Assembly (NCBI GenBank): GCA_051013385.1
Contig: CP143273.1
Span: 1,184,001-1,248,000, forward strand
Direction of reading: 5' to 3'
Origin: Phormidium sp.
GTDB lineage: Bacteria > Cyanobacteriota > Cyanobacteriia > Cyanobacteriales > Aerosakkonemataceae
Length of the DNA: 64,000 nt
A program made the translations under genes and the position numbers. Positions 49,470 to 57,735 of this stretch are shown piece after piece. Below the pieces are notes generated by a model. It made no database searches. It saw only the letters and a program-made list of their open reading frames with translations, and had not been told where the DNA came from. How positions within the stretch are numbered: the stretch's first letter is position 1; each line of letters starts with the position of its first letter.

Positions 49470-49578
49470 AATGGATTCCTATACCCTGTAAATCTACCTA
49501 TGACAATTTTAGAATACTCTACGATTCGCTTTTTTTGCCTTGGTTATCGATCGTCAGAAGTTTAGGGAAAATAGCGCT

Positions 49579-50550
49579 ATGAGTGATACTCAAGTTCTCT
49601 GTATTGGTGAAGTGTTATTTGATTGTTTAGCAGATAAACCAGGAAAATCTCTACTAGAAGTGGAGTCTTGGACTGCTTACCCCGGAGGTGCGCCAGCAAA
49701 TGTGGCTTGTGCTTTAGTAAAATTGGGGACAGCTGCGGGTTTTGTTGGTTGTGTGGGTGAAGATGAACCGGGAAATTCTTTGGTTGAGTTGTTTCAAGAA
49801 ATTGGTGTGGATGTAACGGGAATTCAACGTCATCCCAAAGCACCAACGAGACAAGTTTATGTGTTACGCTCGCTAAGTGGCGATCGCGAATTTGCAGGTT
49901 TCGGTGATTTAGATACGGGAGATTTCGCTGATACTAAGTTAAGAGTTTCTCAGTTACCGGAAACTCTATTTCAAAATGTGAGCTTTTTGGTTTCGGGAAC
50001 TTTGGAGTTAGCTTATCCCCAAAGTCGGGAAGCGATCGAAAAAGCCGTAGAACTCGCCAAGCAAAATCATGTTAAAGTGTTCGTAGATGTAAACTGGCGA
50101 CCAGTTTTTTGGCCTAACCCAGACCTCGCCCCTGGAGTCATTTTAAAGTTTTTACAACAAGCAGATTTTCTCAAGCTTTCTGATGAAGAAGCTCAATGGT
50201 TGTTTAATACTACTGATGCTAGTGCGATCGCAAAACAACTACCACATTTACAAGGCATTTTAATCACTGCTGGCGAAGCAGGTTGTAGTTATTATTTAGC
50301 ACATAATTCCGGCAAAATCCCCGCTTTTCCCGTCAATGTTGTCGATACAACTGGCGCAGGCGATAGCTTCGTTGCCGGATTTATTCATCAATTATGTCAA
50401 CAGGGAATTGAAGCTTTAACTGATGCCGAAACAGCAAAAAATGTGCTAAGGTACGCTAGTGCAGTTGGAGCAATGACGACCATGAAAGCTGGTGCGATCG
50501 CTGCTCAACCCACACCAACAGAAGTAGAAGAATTTCTCCGTCTACATTAG
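49579..50550 (+). CDS. PfkB family carbohydrate kinase (fructokinase-like)
   Basis: GGAPANVA, DVNWRP, DTTGAGDSF. Confidence 0.92.
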   Translation: MSDTQVLCIGEVLFDCLADKPGKSLLEVESWTAYPGGAPANVACALVKLGTAAGFVGCVGEDEPGNSLVELFQEIGVDVTGIQRHPKAPTRQVYVLRSLSGDREFAGFGDLDTGDFADTKLRVSQLPETLFQNVSFLVSGTLELAYPQSREAIEKAVELAKQNHVKVFVDVNWRPVFWPNPDLAPGVILKFLQQADFLKLSDEEAQWLFNTTDASAIAKQLPHLQGILITAGEAGCSYYLAHNSGKIPAFPVNVVDTTGAGDSFVAGFIHQLCQQGIEALTDAETAKNVLRYASAVGAMTTMKAGAIAAQPTPTEVEEFLRLH

Positions 50551-50658
50551 TTTCTTCTCTTTCCTTCTCTTTCCTTCGCGCTCTTCGCGTCTTACGTGCT
50601 ACGCACACGCTACGCGAACGCGGTTCAAAAAAATCTTAAATCTTCAGGAGTGTTGTTA

Positions 50659-51096
50659 ATGATTCCAGAAATTAGCCAGAAACTTTTAGCTGCCAAAAAA
50701 GCCAAAGGTATCAGCTTTGCCGATCTAGAAAAGATTTTAGGAAGAGATGAAGTTTGGATAGCAGCGGTGATTTATCGTCAAGCAAGTGCTTCCGAAGAAG
50801 AAGCAAAACAACTAATTGATGCTTTAGGAGTTGAGCAATTTTATGCTCAAGAATTAACTGAACCTTCGGTTAAAGGTTTAGGCCCTGTAGTTCCCACCGA
50901 TCCTTTAATATATCGCTTTTATGAAATTATGCAAGTTTATGGAATGCCAATTAAAGAAGTGATTCATGAAAAGTTTGGGGATGGGATTATGAGTGCGATC
51001 GACTTTACTTTAGATGTGGAAAAGGAAGAAGATCCAAAAGGCGACAGGGTAAAAGTTATTATGAATGGTAAGTTTTTACCTTATAAAAAATGGTAA
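50659..51096 (+). CDS. cynS: Cyanase
   Basis: [28 protein letters not shown]. Confidence 0.96.
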   Translation: MIPEISQKLLAAKKAKGISFADLEKILGRDEVWIAAVIYRQASASEEEAKQLIDALGVEQFYAQELTEPSVKGLGPVVPTDPLIYRFYEIMQVYGMPIKEVIHEKFGDGIMSAIDFTLDVEKEEDPKGDRVKVIMNGKFLPYKKW

Positions 51097-51129
51097 ACTA
51101 AAGGGTGAGTATTACTCACCTTTTAGTGA

Positions 51130-51915
51130 TTAATTCATTCTACTTGCAGTTGCAATATCAGCACGGATTAGCTGATAAATTGGACTAGAGAACGGCTGAA
51201 AATCATTAGGCCAAGGTGCAGTCATATTGCACAATAAACGAAACTGTAGTGGCGTTGGTGCTGGATTAACTCGCTCTACATGGACTTGAACAAGTTCTGG
51301 ATTTTGTCCGATAAAATTGAAGGCATCATCTACCAAATAACGAGGACAATAACCCACAGGGTGTAAATCACCTATAAAAGATTCGTCTGTACGTAACATC
51401 AATGCTTTGCGATCGTAAGGATTTTGAAAATCATGAACTAAAAGCAATGGTTCATTTTTCTGAAGGTTGTTGATTCTATCGAGCGATCCTGGTGGTAAAT
51501 GTCGCAATCCCCGGACAAAAAAGTGAACGTGGTACAATCCATTTTCATCCCGTTCTGGACAGGGAAAAACCTCAAATTTATCTGTTGCTTTTTGCCCCCC
51601 ACTACGAGATAATAAGGTAATAGGATCGTCTTCATGCTCAGGTAAATTCAACAATTCCACAAAATTTTTGTAATTTGGTCTCGATCGCGACAACAACCGA
51701 TTAGAAAACAAAGGAAATAGTTCAACCGATCTGTATACTTTATTCAGGTCTGGCAATGAGTATAGTGGTTCAAATCCACACTTTTCTATAGCTTGAAGAA
51801 TACCTTTTGTATAAGCAAACTCGTACATTTCCCCATCAAATGTTAATTTGCCGATGGGAAAACAATCTCCACTGTTTGCATCTTGCCAAGCTAAAAAAAG
51901 CGTTTTCATAATCAC
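51130..51915 (-). CDS. HIRAN domain protein (HipA-kinase associated)
   Basis: N-terminal PIGKL..YEFAY..LFPLFSNRL region; HIRAN FFVRGLRH..NPYDRKAL..VGYCPR. Confidence 0.8.
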   Translation of the reverse strand: MIMKTLFLAWQDANSGDCFPIGKLTFDGEMYEFAYTKGILQAIEKCGFEPLYSLPDLNKVYRSVELFPLFSNRLLSRSRPNYKNFVELLNLPEHEDDPITLLSRSGGQKATDKFEVFPCPERDENGLYHVHFFVRGLRHLPPGSLDRINNLQKNEPLLLVHDFQNPYDRKALMLRTDESFIGDLHPVGYCPRYLVDDAFNFIGQNPELVQVHVERVNPAPTPLQFRLLCNMTAPWPNDFQPFSSPIYQLIRADIATASRMN

Positions 51916-52208
51916 TGTATAATATGCAGATTTAGTAACCTGCTTTGATTTAACTCAAGGACTAAAGATCGTGAAATAATTCCACGCTTACCGTTATATG
52001 TTGCCAGATCGTACTCTGCATGAGGTAGCCTAAGAAAAGTACATAACTCTGATGCTATCTTCTCTGCCCAATCTTCTCCTGTATTCGGTGTAGCTTCTTT
52101 ATAAAGGAATGTCTGATCCTGAAACCAGAACTTGTTTTTGCTTCCTATTGTTTCATCGTATTCAGGTGCATCTAGTGGAACTTTAATTACCGGAAAACCC
52201 GATCCCAT
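51912..52208 (-). pseudogene. HipA-like kinase with large internal in-frame deletion
   Basis: N-lobe GSKNKFW..LYK..GEDWAEKIASEL..LPHAEYDLA..GIISRS joined directly to LELNQSRLLNL; no catalytic loop. Confidence 0.75.
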
Positions 52209-52322
52209 TATTTTTTACCATCCAAAACAATCATCTGAAGCGAGAATTTACTTTTGGGCAGAGTAACACAGAAAAATATTAAATCTGCGTTACTCTATAT
52301 AAACCTCTGCTACTTGGAGTGG

Positions 52323-53645
52323 TTAACTCAAGAATTCACGAGGATCGGTAACATATCCTGTGAGGGCGGAAGCTGCTGCGGTGTAAGGAGAAGCTAAGTA
52401 AATTTGGGCTTCTTTATTACCCATTCTTCCGGGGAAGTTACGATTAGTTGTAGAAACGCAAATTTCCGGTTCATTTAAGCGCCCAAAGGTGTCTTTTGGC
52501 CCACCTAAACAAGCAGCACAAGAAGGTGCAGCTGGTTCAATACAACCCGCTTCTAAGAAGATTTCCGAAAGTGTTTGTCCGTCATATTTTTGACTGAACA
52601 AATCTTCGTAAACTTTCTGAGTTGCTGGTACTAAATAGGTGGGAACTTTGACTTTGTTACCTTTAATAATTTTGGCAGCATTGAGAAAATCAGAAGTTTT
52701 TCCACCAGTGCAAGAACCGATGTAAACTCGGTTAATTTTAACATCGCTGCATTCTTTTGCTAAGGCGCGGTTGTCGGGAGAGTGAGGTTTGGCGACGACG
52801 GGTTCTAATTTGCTGACATCATAGTGATGTTGGCTGTAGAATTTTGCGTCGGCATCGGTGTAAACTGGTTCAAAGGGTTTGTAGGTCCGATCGCGCAAAT
52901 ACGCAAAAGTAGTTTCATCTGCGGCGACTGTACCATTTTTTCCGCCAGCTTCGATCGCCATATTGCACAAAGTCATTCTTTCTTCCATTGACATTGCGGC
53001 AATGGTGCTGCCAGCAAATTCCATTGTGCGATAATTGGCACCAGCAACGGAAATATCACCAATTATTTGTAAAATTAGGTCTTTCGCCAATAAGTAAGGT
53101 GGCAATTCTCCATCTAAGACAAATCTCATGGTAGCTGGTACTTTAATCAAAAGTTTACCAGTTCCCATAATGAAAGCGGCATCGGTGTTACCAATACCTG
53201 TGGCAAATTGACCAAAAGCGCCAGCGTTACAGGTGTGGGAGTCTGTACCAAAGAGGACTTCGCCGGGACGGGTGTGCCCTTCTTGGGCTAGGGCAATGTG
53301 GCAAACTCCTTTATAATCGGGGTTAGCTTGGAAGTCAGAGCGATCGGTAATGTCGTAAAAGTATTTAATCTCCTGTTCTTTGGCGAAGTCCCGCAAAATG
53401 TCCACGTTGCGGTTAGCGCGTTCATCAGCGGTAAATATATAGTGGTCGGGAATTAAAACAATTTTTTCTTTGTCCCAAACTTTAGCATCTGCACCAAATT
53501 CGCGGTGAAAAACGCCGATCGTTCCCGGCCCACAAACATCATGAGTCATCAATACATCTACGTCAACCCAGATGTTTTCCCCTGGTTCTACTAGCGATCG
53601 ACGGGCGGCGCGTGCCAAAATTTTCTCAGTTAGGGTCATCCCCAT
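52323..53645 (-). CDS. leuC: 3-isopropylmalate dehydratase large subunit (aconitase family)
   Basis: MTLTEKIL, DSHT, IGSCT, CAAC, STTNRNFPGRMG. Confidence 0.88.
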   Translation of the reverse strand: MGMTLTEKILARAARRSLVEPGENIWVDVDVLMTHDVCGPGTIGVFHREFGADAKVWDKEKIVLIPDHYIFTADERANRNVDILRDFAKEQEIKYFYDITDRSDFQANPDYKGVCHIALAQEGHTRPGEVLFGTDSHTCNAGAFGQFATGIGNTDAAFIMGTGKLLIKVPATMRFVLDGELPPYLLAKDLILQIIGDISVAGANYRTMEFAGSTIAAMSMEERMTLCNMAIEAGGKNGTVAADETTFAYLRDRTYKPFEPVYTDADAKFYSQHHYDVSKLEPVVAKPHSPDNRALAKECSDVKINRVYIGSCTGGKTSDFLNAAKIIKGNKVKVPTYLVPATQKVYEDLFSQKYDGQTLSEIFLEAGCIEPAAPSCAACLGGPKDTFGRLNEPEICVSTTNRNFPGRMGNKEAQIYLASPYTAAASALTGYVTDPREFLS

Positions 53646-53823
53646 AGTTATGTTCTCCTGCAAATTGCTGCTACTTGCGCTTTTCTCTTATTAACTATGC
53701 TATCTACTGCTTCTGCTCTATAGGCTTTAATTTCAGGCAGATTTAGGATTTCATGCAATATGCGATTTTATCAGGGTGGGGCGATCGATCTCAATTGCCG
53801 ATTAAAGTTTGGGGTGTAAACTG

Positions 53824-54273
53824 ATGCCAATGCCGAAAAAACCCAGAACTGAGTGCTTAAACTGTGGGAAGCAGACAAAAAGAGCAGTTGAAAAATATTG
53901 TAGTAATAAGTGCCAACATGAGTTCGAGTATAAGCTTTATATAGAATCCTGGCTTGCGGGACAAAAAAGCGGCGTAAGTATCAAATACGGCAATATATCT
54001 AAACGAGTCAGACGGTTTTTAATTGAAAAATACGGAGAGAAGTGTTCTTTGTGTGGTTGGTGTCAAGTGAATCCCTATACAGGTAAAATTCCAGTGGAAG
54101 TGGATCACATCGATGGAGATTGGCAAAACAACTCACCAGACAATCTTCGTCTCCTATGCCCTAACTGTCATTCTCTAACACCTACATACAAAGCACGCAA
54201 TAAAGGAAAAGGTAGAAATTGGCGGCGTGAAACTCCTGCTATATCCCGACTTCCGCGAGAAAATTCAATTTGA
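53824..54273 (+). CDS. HNH endonuclease with N-terminal zinc finger
   Basis: CLNC..YCSNKC, CSLC, EVDHIDG..NN..NL..LCPNCH. Confidence 0.9.
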   Translation: MPMPKKPRTECLNCGKQTKRAVEKYCSNKCQHEFEYKLYIESWLAGQKSGVSIKYGNISKRVRRFLIEKYGEKCSLCGWCQVNPYTGKIPVEVDHIDGDWQNNSPDNLRLLCPNCHSLTPTYKARNKGKGRNWRRETPAISRLPRENSI

Positions 54274-54334
54274 TGCAAAAAATCCTTGTTGCTCTGGAGA
54301 AAGTGTGTTATACTTACATATTGTGTGAATATTT

Positions 54335-54406
54335 GCTGGTGTAGCTCAGTGGTAGAGCAGCTGATTTGTAATCAGCCGGTCGCAGGTTCAAATCCCGTCA
54401 CCAGCT
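54335..54406 (+). tRNA. tRNA-Thr(TGT)
   Basis: GCTGGTGTAGCTCAGTGGTAGAGCAGCTGATTTGTAATCAGCCGGTCGCAGGTTCAAATCCCGTCACCAGCT. Confidence 0.96.
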
Positions 54407-54636
54407 TACTTTGTATGCCTTTAATTTAAAAGGTAGACAAGTCATCGTGCCATCTACCTGTTTCTCTCAGGGTTATCTCAAGTGTACTCAGAATTACCCT
54501 ACATTGGGTAGGTATGGGTTGCTGATTGACTTGATAAAACTTATAAATATTAGCCATGAGATAAAAATATAGGTTAAAATTTAATTAAATTAAATTGCTT
54601 TTTCACCTGACTTGTATAATCATACTGTCGGATAAT

Positions 54637-57594
54637 ATGAATGTTTCCAGTTCATCGGTTCAGAATTATCATTTTTTAACTTCAACTCTACTGAGTCATC
54701 CACTAGTTGTTGATTGTGCAGTTTTGCCCAGAAGGACTGCTTGTGCTCAAGAGTCGATCGCTTACATAGTAACTTCGAGTTCTCTGTCTTCTGAAGTTCT
54801 ACACAATTATATTCAAAGTACTTTAGTTGGAACTACTTTGCCACCGATTAGTTTTGTTTTTGTGTCTCATTTGCCCCTTACAGATGATGGTGCTTTAGAT
54901 GAGCAGAAACTATTAGAACTGGAGGTCATTGATTCTGAAGTAGTAGAGCAGCCCCAGACTTTATTACAAGCTATTCCTGTTAGTGAGGCGATCGCACTTA
55001 TTTCATCTAATCAGCAGTTAACATACCGGGAGCTAAATCAGCGGGCTAATCAACTAGCTCATTATCTCCAAGCTTTGGGCGTAAAGCCAGAAACACTGGT
55101 GGGGATTTACATGAATCGCTCAGTCGATCCGATCGTCGGGATTTTAGGAATTCTTAAAGCAGGGGCAGCTTATGTGCCGCTCGATCCCGGTTATCCGAGA
55201 GAGCGTCTTTCCTTCATTTTAGAAGATACTCGCACCCAAATTGTCATTACTCATAGTTCATTAATATCAAACCTACCAACCAATCTTACTCACATCATTT
55301 GTGTAGATACTATTAGGGAAGTTCTGGAACTAGAAAGTACCAAAAACCCTGAGAATCAGGCGATGCCTGAAAATCTAGCATACGTGATGTACACATCTGG
55401 TTCCACCGCCAAGCCCAAAGGGGTGGCAATGTCGCATGGCAGTATTGCTCATTACATTAAATCTCTTAATCAGACTCTCAAGATTCAAGCCAGCGATACA
55501 TATTTACATACCGCCTCCTTCTCATTTTCCTCTTCGGTTCGGCAATTGATGTTGCCCTTAACCCAAGGCAGCAAAATTGTGCTGGCAAGCAAAGAACAAA
55601 CCCAAAATCCCCTGAGTTTATTAGAACTGATTCAACAGCAGCAGGTTACAGTTTTTGATACCGTTCAGTCTGTGTGGCGATATACACTGAAACTTTTGAA
55701 AGAGCTAGAGCCTGCTTCTGCTCAGGCACTCGCGCCATCTAGTTTAAGAAAAGTCATTTTTTCCGGGGGGCTTTTACCCTGCCTGCTCTATCAAGAAGTT
55801 CGTCAGTTATTGGGGACTGAGGTTAACATTTTCAACATCTATGGTCAAACTGAATCGATAGGAGTGTCTGTTTTTCCGATTCCTGCCACCTTCGATAAAC
55901 GTGATGGCTATGTACCAGTTGGTCATCCTTTAGCCGATGTGCAAGTTTTAGTTTTAGATGAAGAGCTACAACCAGTTGCTGCGGGCCAGAAGGGGGAACT
56001 GTGCATCATTAGTTCGGGGTTAGCAAGGGGGTACTTTAACCTTGCCGAGCTAACTGCAAAGAGGTTTATTGATTATTCATTGCCCGATCGAACTAGAGTT
56101 CGATTGTACCGGAGTGGAGATGTGGCTCGACTTCTGAGCGATGGAATTATAGAAGTTTTGGGGCGCACAGACTATCAGGTTAAGATTCGCGAGATGCGGG
56201 TTGAACTTGAAGAAATAGAAGCGGTTTTAGAGCAACATCCTCTAGTTCGACAAGCGGTTGTTACAGCTATAGATGATGCCAACGACGGTAAAAGGTTGGT
56301 TGCATACATAGTTACAAACCAGTCAGACTCTCAACAAGTAGAGGTGAATCACGTACTGCGGGAATTTCTCAAGACAAAGCTGCCGGAATATATGCTTCCT
56401 TCTGCCATCTTAACGTTAGAGAAATTGCCCCTTACCCCTAATGGCAAGCTCGATCGCAAAGCTTTACCCACTACCCTGGAGCTAGTGCAACAAGATTTAG
56501 CAGTAGGGTATCTACCTCCGCGCAACGATGTAGAACGAGAGTTAGCAGAAATTTGGCAAAAAGTTTTAGGCGTTCCCCAAGTTGGGATTCAAGATGACTT
56601 TTTTGAGTTAGGCGGAAACTCTTTTACCGCAGTATCAATTTTTGGGCAAATTGAAAGTAAGTTTGGGAAGCAATTACCATTGGGAAGCCTATTCGAGCGA
56701 TCGACCATTAAATCATTGGCAGAATTTATTCAAGAAACCACCTCCCAACTAGAAACTAATAATAATCCACGATCGTCAACCAAACAGATAGTCAAAATTC
56801 AAGAAGGCGATCCTGGCAAAACACCATTGTTTCTGGTTCATGCCTTGGGAATGAGCGTACTCTACTACCGCGACTTTGCTCGCTATTTAGGGACCGATCG
56901 ACCTGTGTATGCGATTCAACCTCTGGAAGTGGAAGATCAATCTACTGTAGATAACCTTGAAGCCCTTGCATCCTTGTATATCAAAGAAATTCAAACTATT
57001 CAACCTCAAGGGCCTTACTTACTGGGAGGACACTCATTTGGAGGGAAAGTTGCCTTTGAAATAGCGCAGCAACTTCACCAGCAGGGACAAGACATCGCGT
57101 TCCTCGCCCTATTTGATACGTATGGCCCAAATGCCATGATTCGATTACCATTGCACAAGCGCATCCTGATTCACTTAAACAATCTCAAAAGCCAGGGACC
57201 AATGTATCTAATTGAGAGGTTAGGTAGTTGGTATGGATGGATTGGTGGATTAGCGAAAACTGAATATGAAAGATGGACTTTTAGCAAAGCGCAAAAGCAA
57301 TCTGATTCTATGTCTTTTGAGATCTTAAAGCGGGGAATAGAAGATTTTCATTCGGATTTGCAAAACCGTTATACCTATCGTCCATATTCCGGTGATATTC
57401 ATCTGTTCCGCTGTACTGAACACGAGACTCTCAACTACTATGGCGTTGAATTGGATAAAGAGAAGTTAGGTTGGGATAAAGTAGCAACCGGAGGCTTAAC
57501 AATTTATGACGCTTTAGGAAAACATTTGACCATGTTTGATGAACCTTATGTTCAGTCTTTAGCAAAGAAAGTAAGAACCATTCTCTCAGATTGA
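54637..57594 (+). CDS. Stand-alone NRPS-like A-T-TE with N-terminal A-subdomain-like stub
   Basis: LTYREL, YTSGSTAKPKG, YGQTE, YRSGD, PNGK; T domain FFELGGNS; TE GHSFGG. Confidence 0.9.
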   Translation: MNVSSSSVQNYHFLTSTLLSHPLVVDCAVLPRRTACAQESIAYIVTSSSLSSEVLHNYIQSTLVGTTLPPISFVFVSHLPLTDDGALDEQKLLELEVIDSEVVEQPQTLLQAIPVSEAIALISSNQQLTYRELNQRANQLAHYLQALGVKPETLVGIYMNRSVDPIVGILGILKAGAAYVPLDPGYPRERLSFILEDTRTQIVITHSSLISNLPTNLTHIICVDTIREVLELESTKNPENQAMPENLAYVMYTSGSTAKPKGVAMSHGSIAHYIKSLNQTLKIQASDTYLHTASFSFSSSVRQLMLPLTQGSKIVLASKEQTQNPLSLLELIQQQQVTVFDTVQSVWRYTLKLLKELEPASAQALAPSSLRKVIFSGGLLPCLLYQEVRQLLGTEVNIFNIYGQTESIGVSVFPIPATFDKRDGYVPVGHPLADVQVLVLDEELQPVAAGQKGELCIISSGLARGYFNLAELTAKRFIDYSLPDRTRVRLYRSGDVARLLSDGIIEVLGRTDYQVKIREMRVELEEIEAVLEQHPLVRQAVVTAIDDANDGKRLVAYIVTNQSDSQQVEVNHVLREFLKTKLPEYMLPSAILTLEKLPLTPNGKLDRKALPTTLELVQQDLAVGYLPPRNDVERELAEIWQKVLGVPQVGIQDDFFELGGNSFTAVSIFGQIESKFGKQLPLGSLFERSTIKSLAEFIQETTSQLETNNNPRSSTKQIVKIQEGDPGKTPLFLVHALGMSVLYYRDFARYLGTDRPVYAIQPLEVEDQSTVDNLEALASLYIKEIQTIQPQGPYLLGGHSFGGKVAFEIAQQLHQQGQDIAFLALFDTYGPNAMIRLPLHKRILIHLNNLKSQGPMYLIERLGSWYGWIGGLAKTEYERWTFSKAQKQSDSMSFEILKRGIEDFHSDLQNRYTYRPYSGDIHLFRCTEHETLNYYGVELDKEKLGWDKVATGGLTIYDALGKHLTMFDEPYVQSLAKKVRTILSD

Positions 57595-57608
57595 TGGTAT
57601 TAAGGCTG

Positions 57609-57673
57609 TAGGGTGCGTCAGAGACCCAAAATTAGTAATGATCTCCAAAATTTTACTATCTGACGCACCCTAC
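57609..57673. repeat. REP-like inverted repeat (short relative at 18376-18401)
   Basis: GTAGGGTGCGTCAGA...TCTGACGCACCCTAC. Confidence 0.8.
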
Positions 57674-57686
57674 TCAATATAACTTG

Positions 57687-57721
57687 GAATCCCCGTGCGT
57701 TTACGCCAGGGAGGAGGTCAA
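57687..57721 (+). mobile_element. Probable solo end of an IS200/IS605-type (tnpB) element
   Basis: GAATCCCCGTGCGTTTACGCCAGGGAGGAGGTCAA: hairpin followed by TCAA terminus; no tnpA/tnpB nearby. Confidence 0.55.
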
Positions 57722-57735
57722 GAATGAGGAAATTA

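Noticed and set aside
54637..57594. mysE-type mycosporine NRPS
   Set aside because: No mysABC genes nearby and the A4 Asp is absent.
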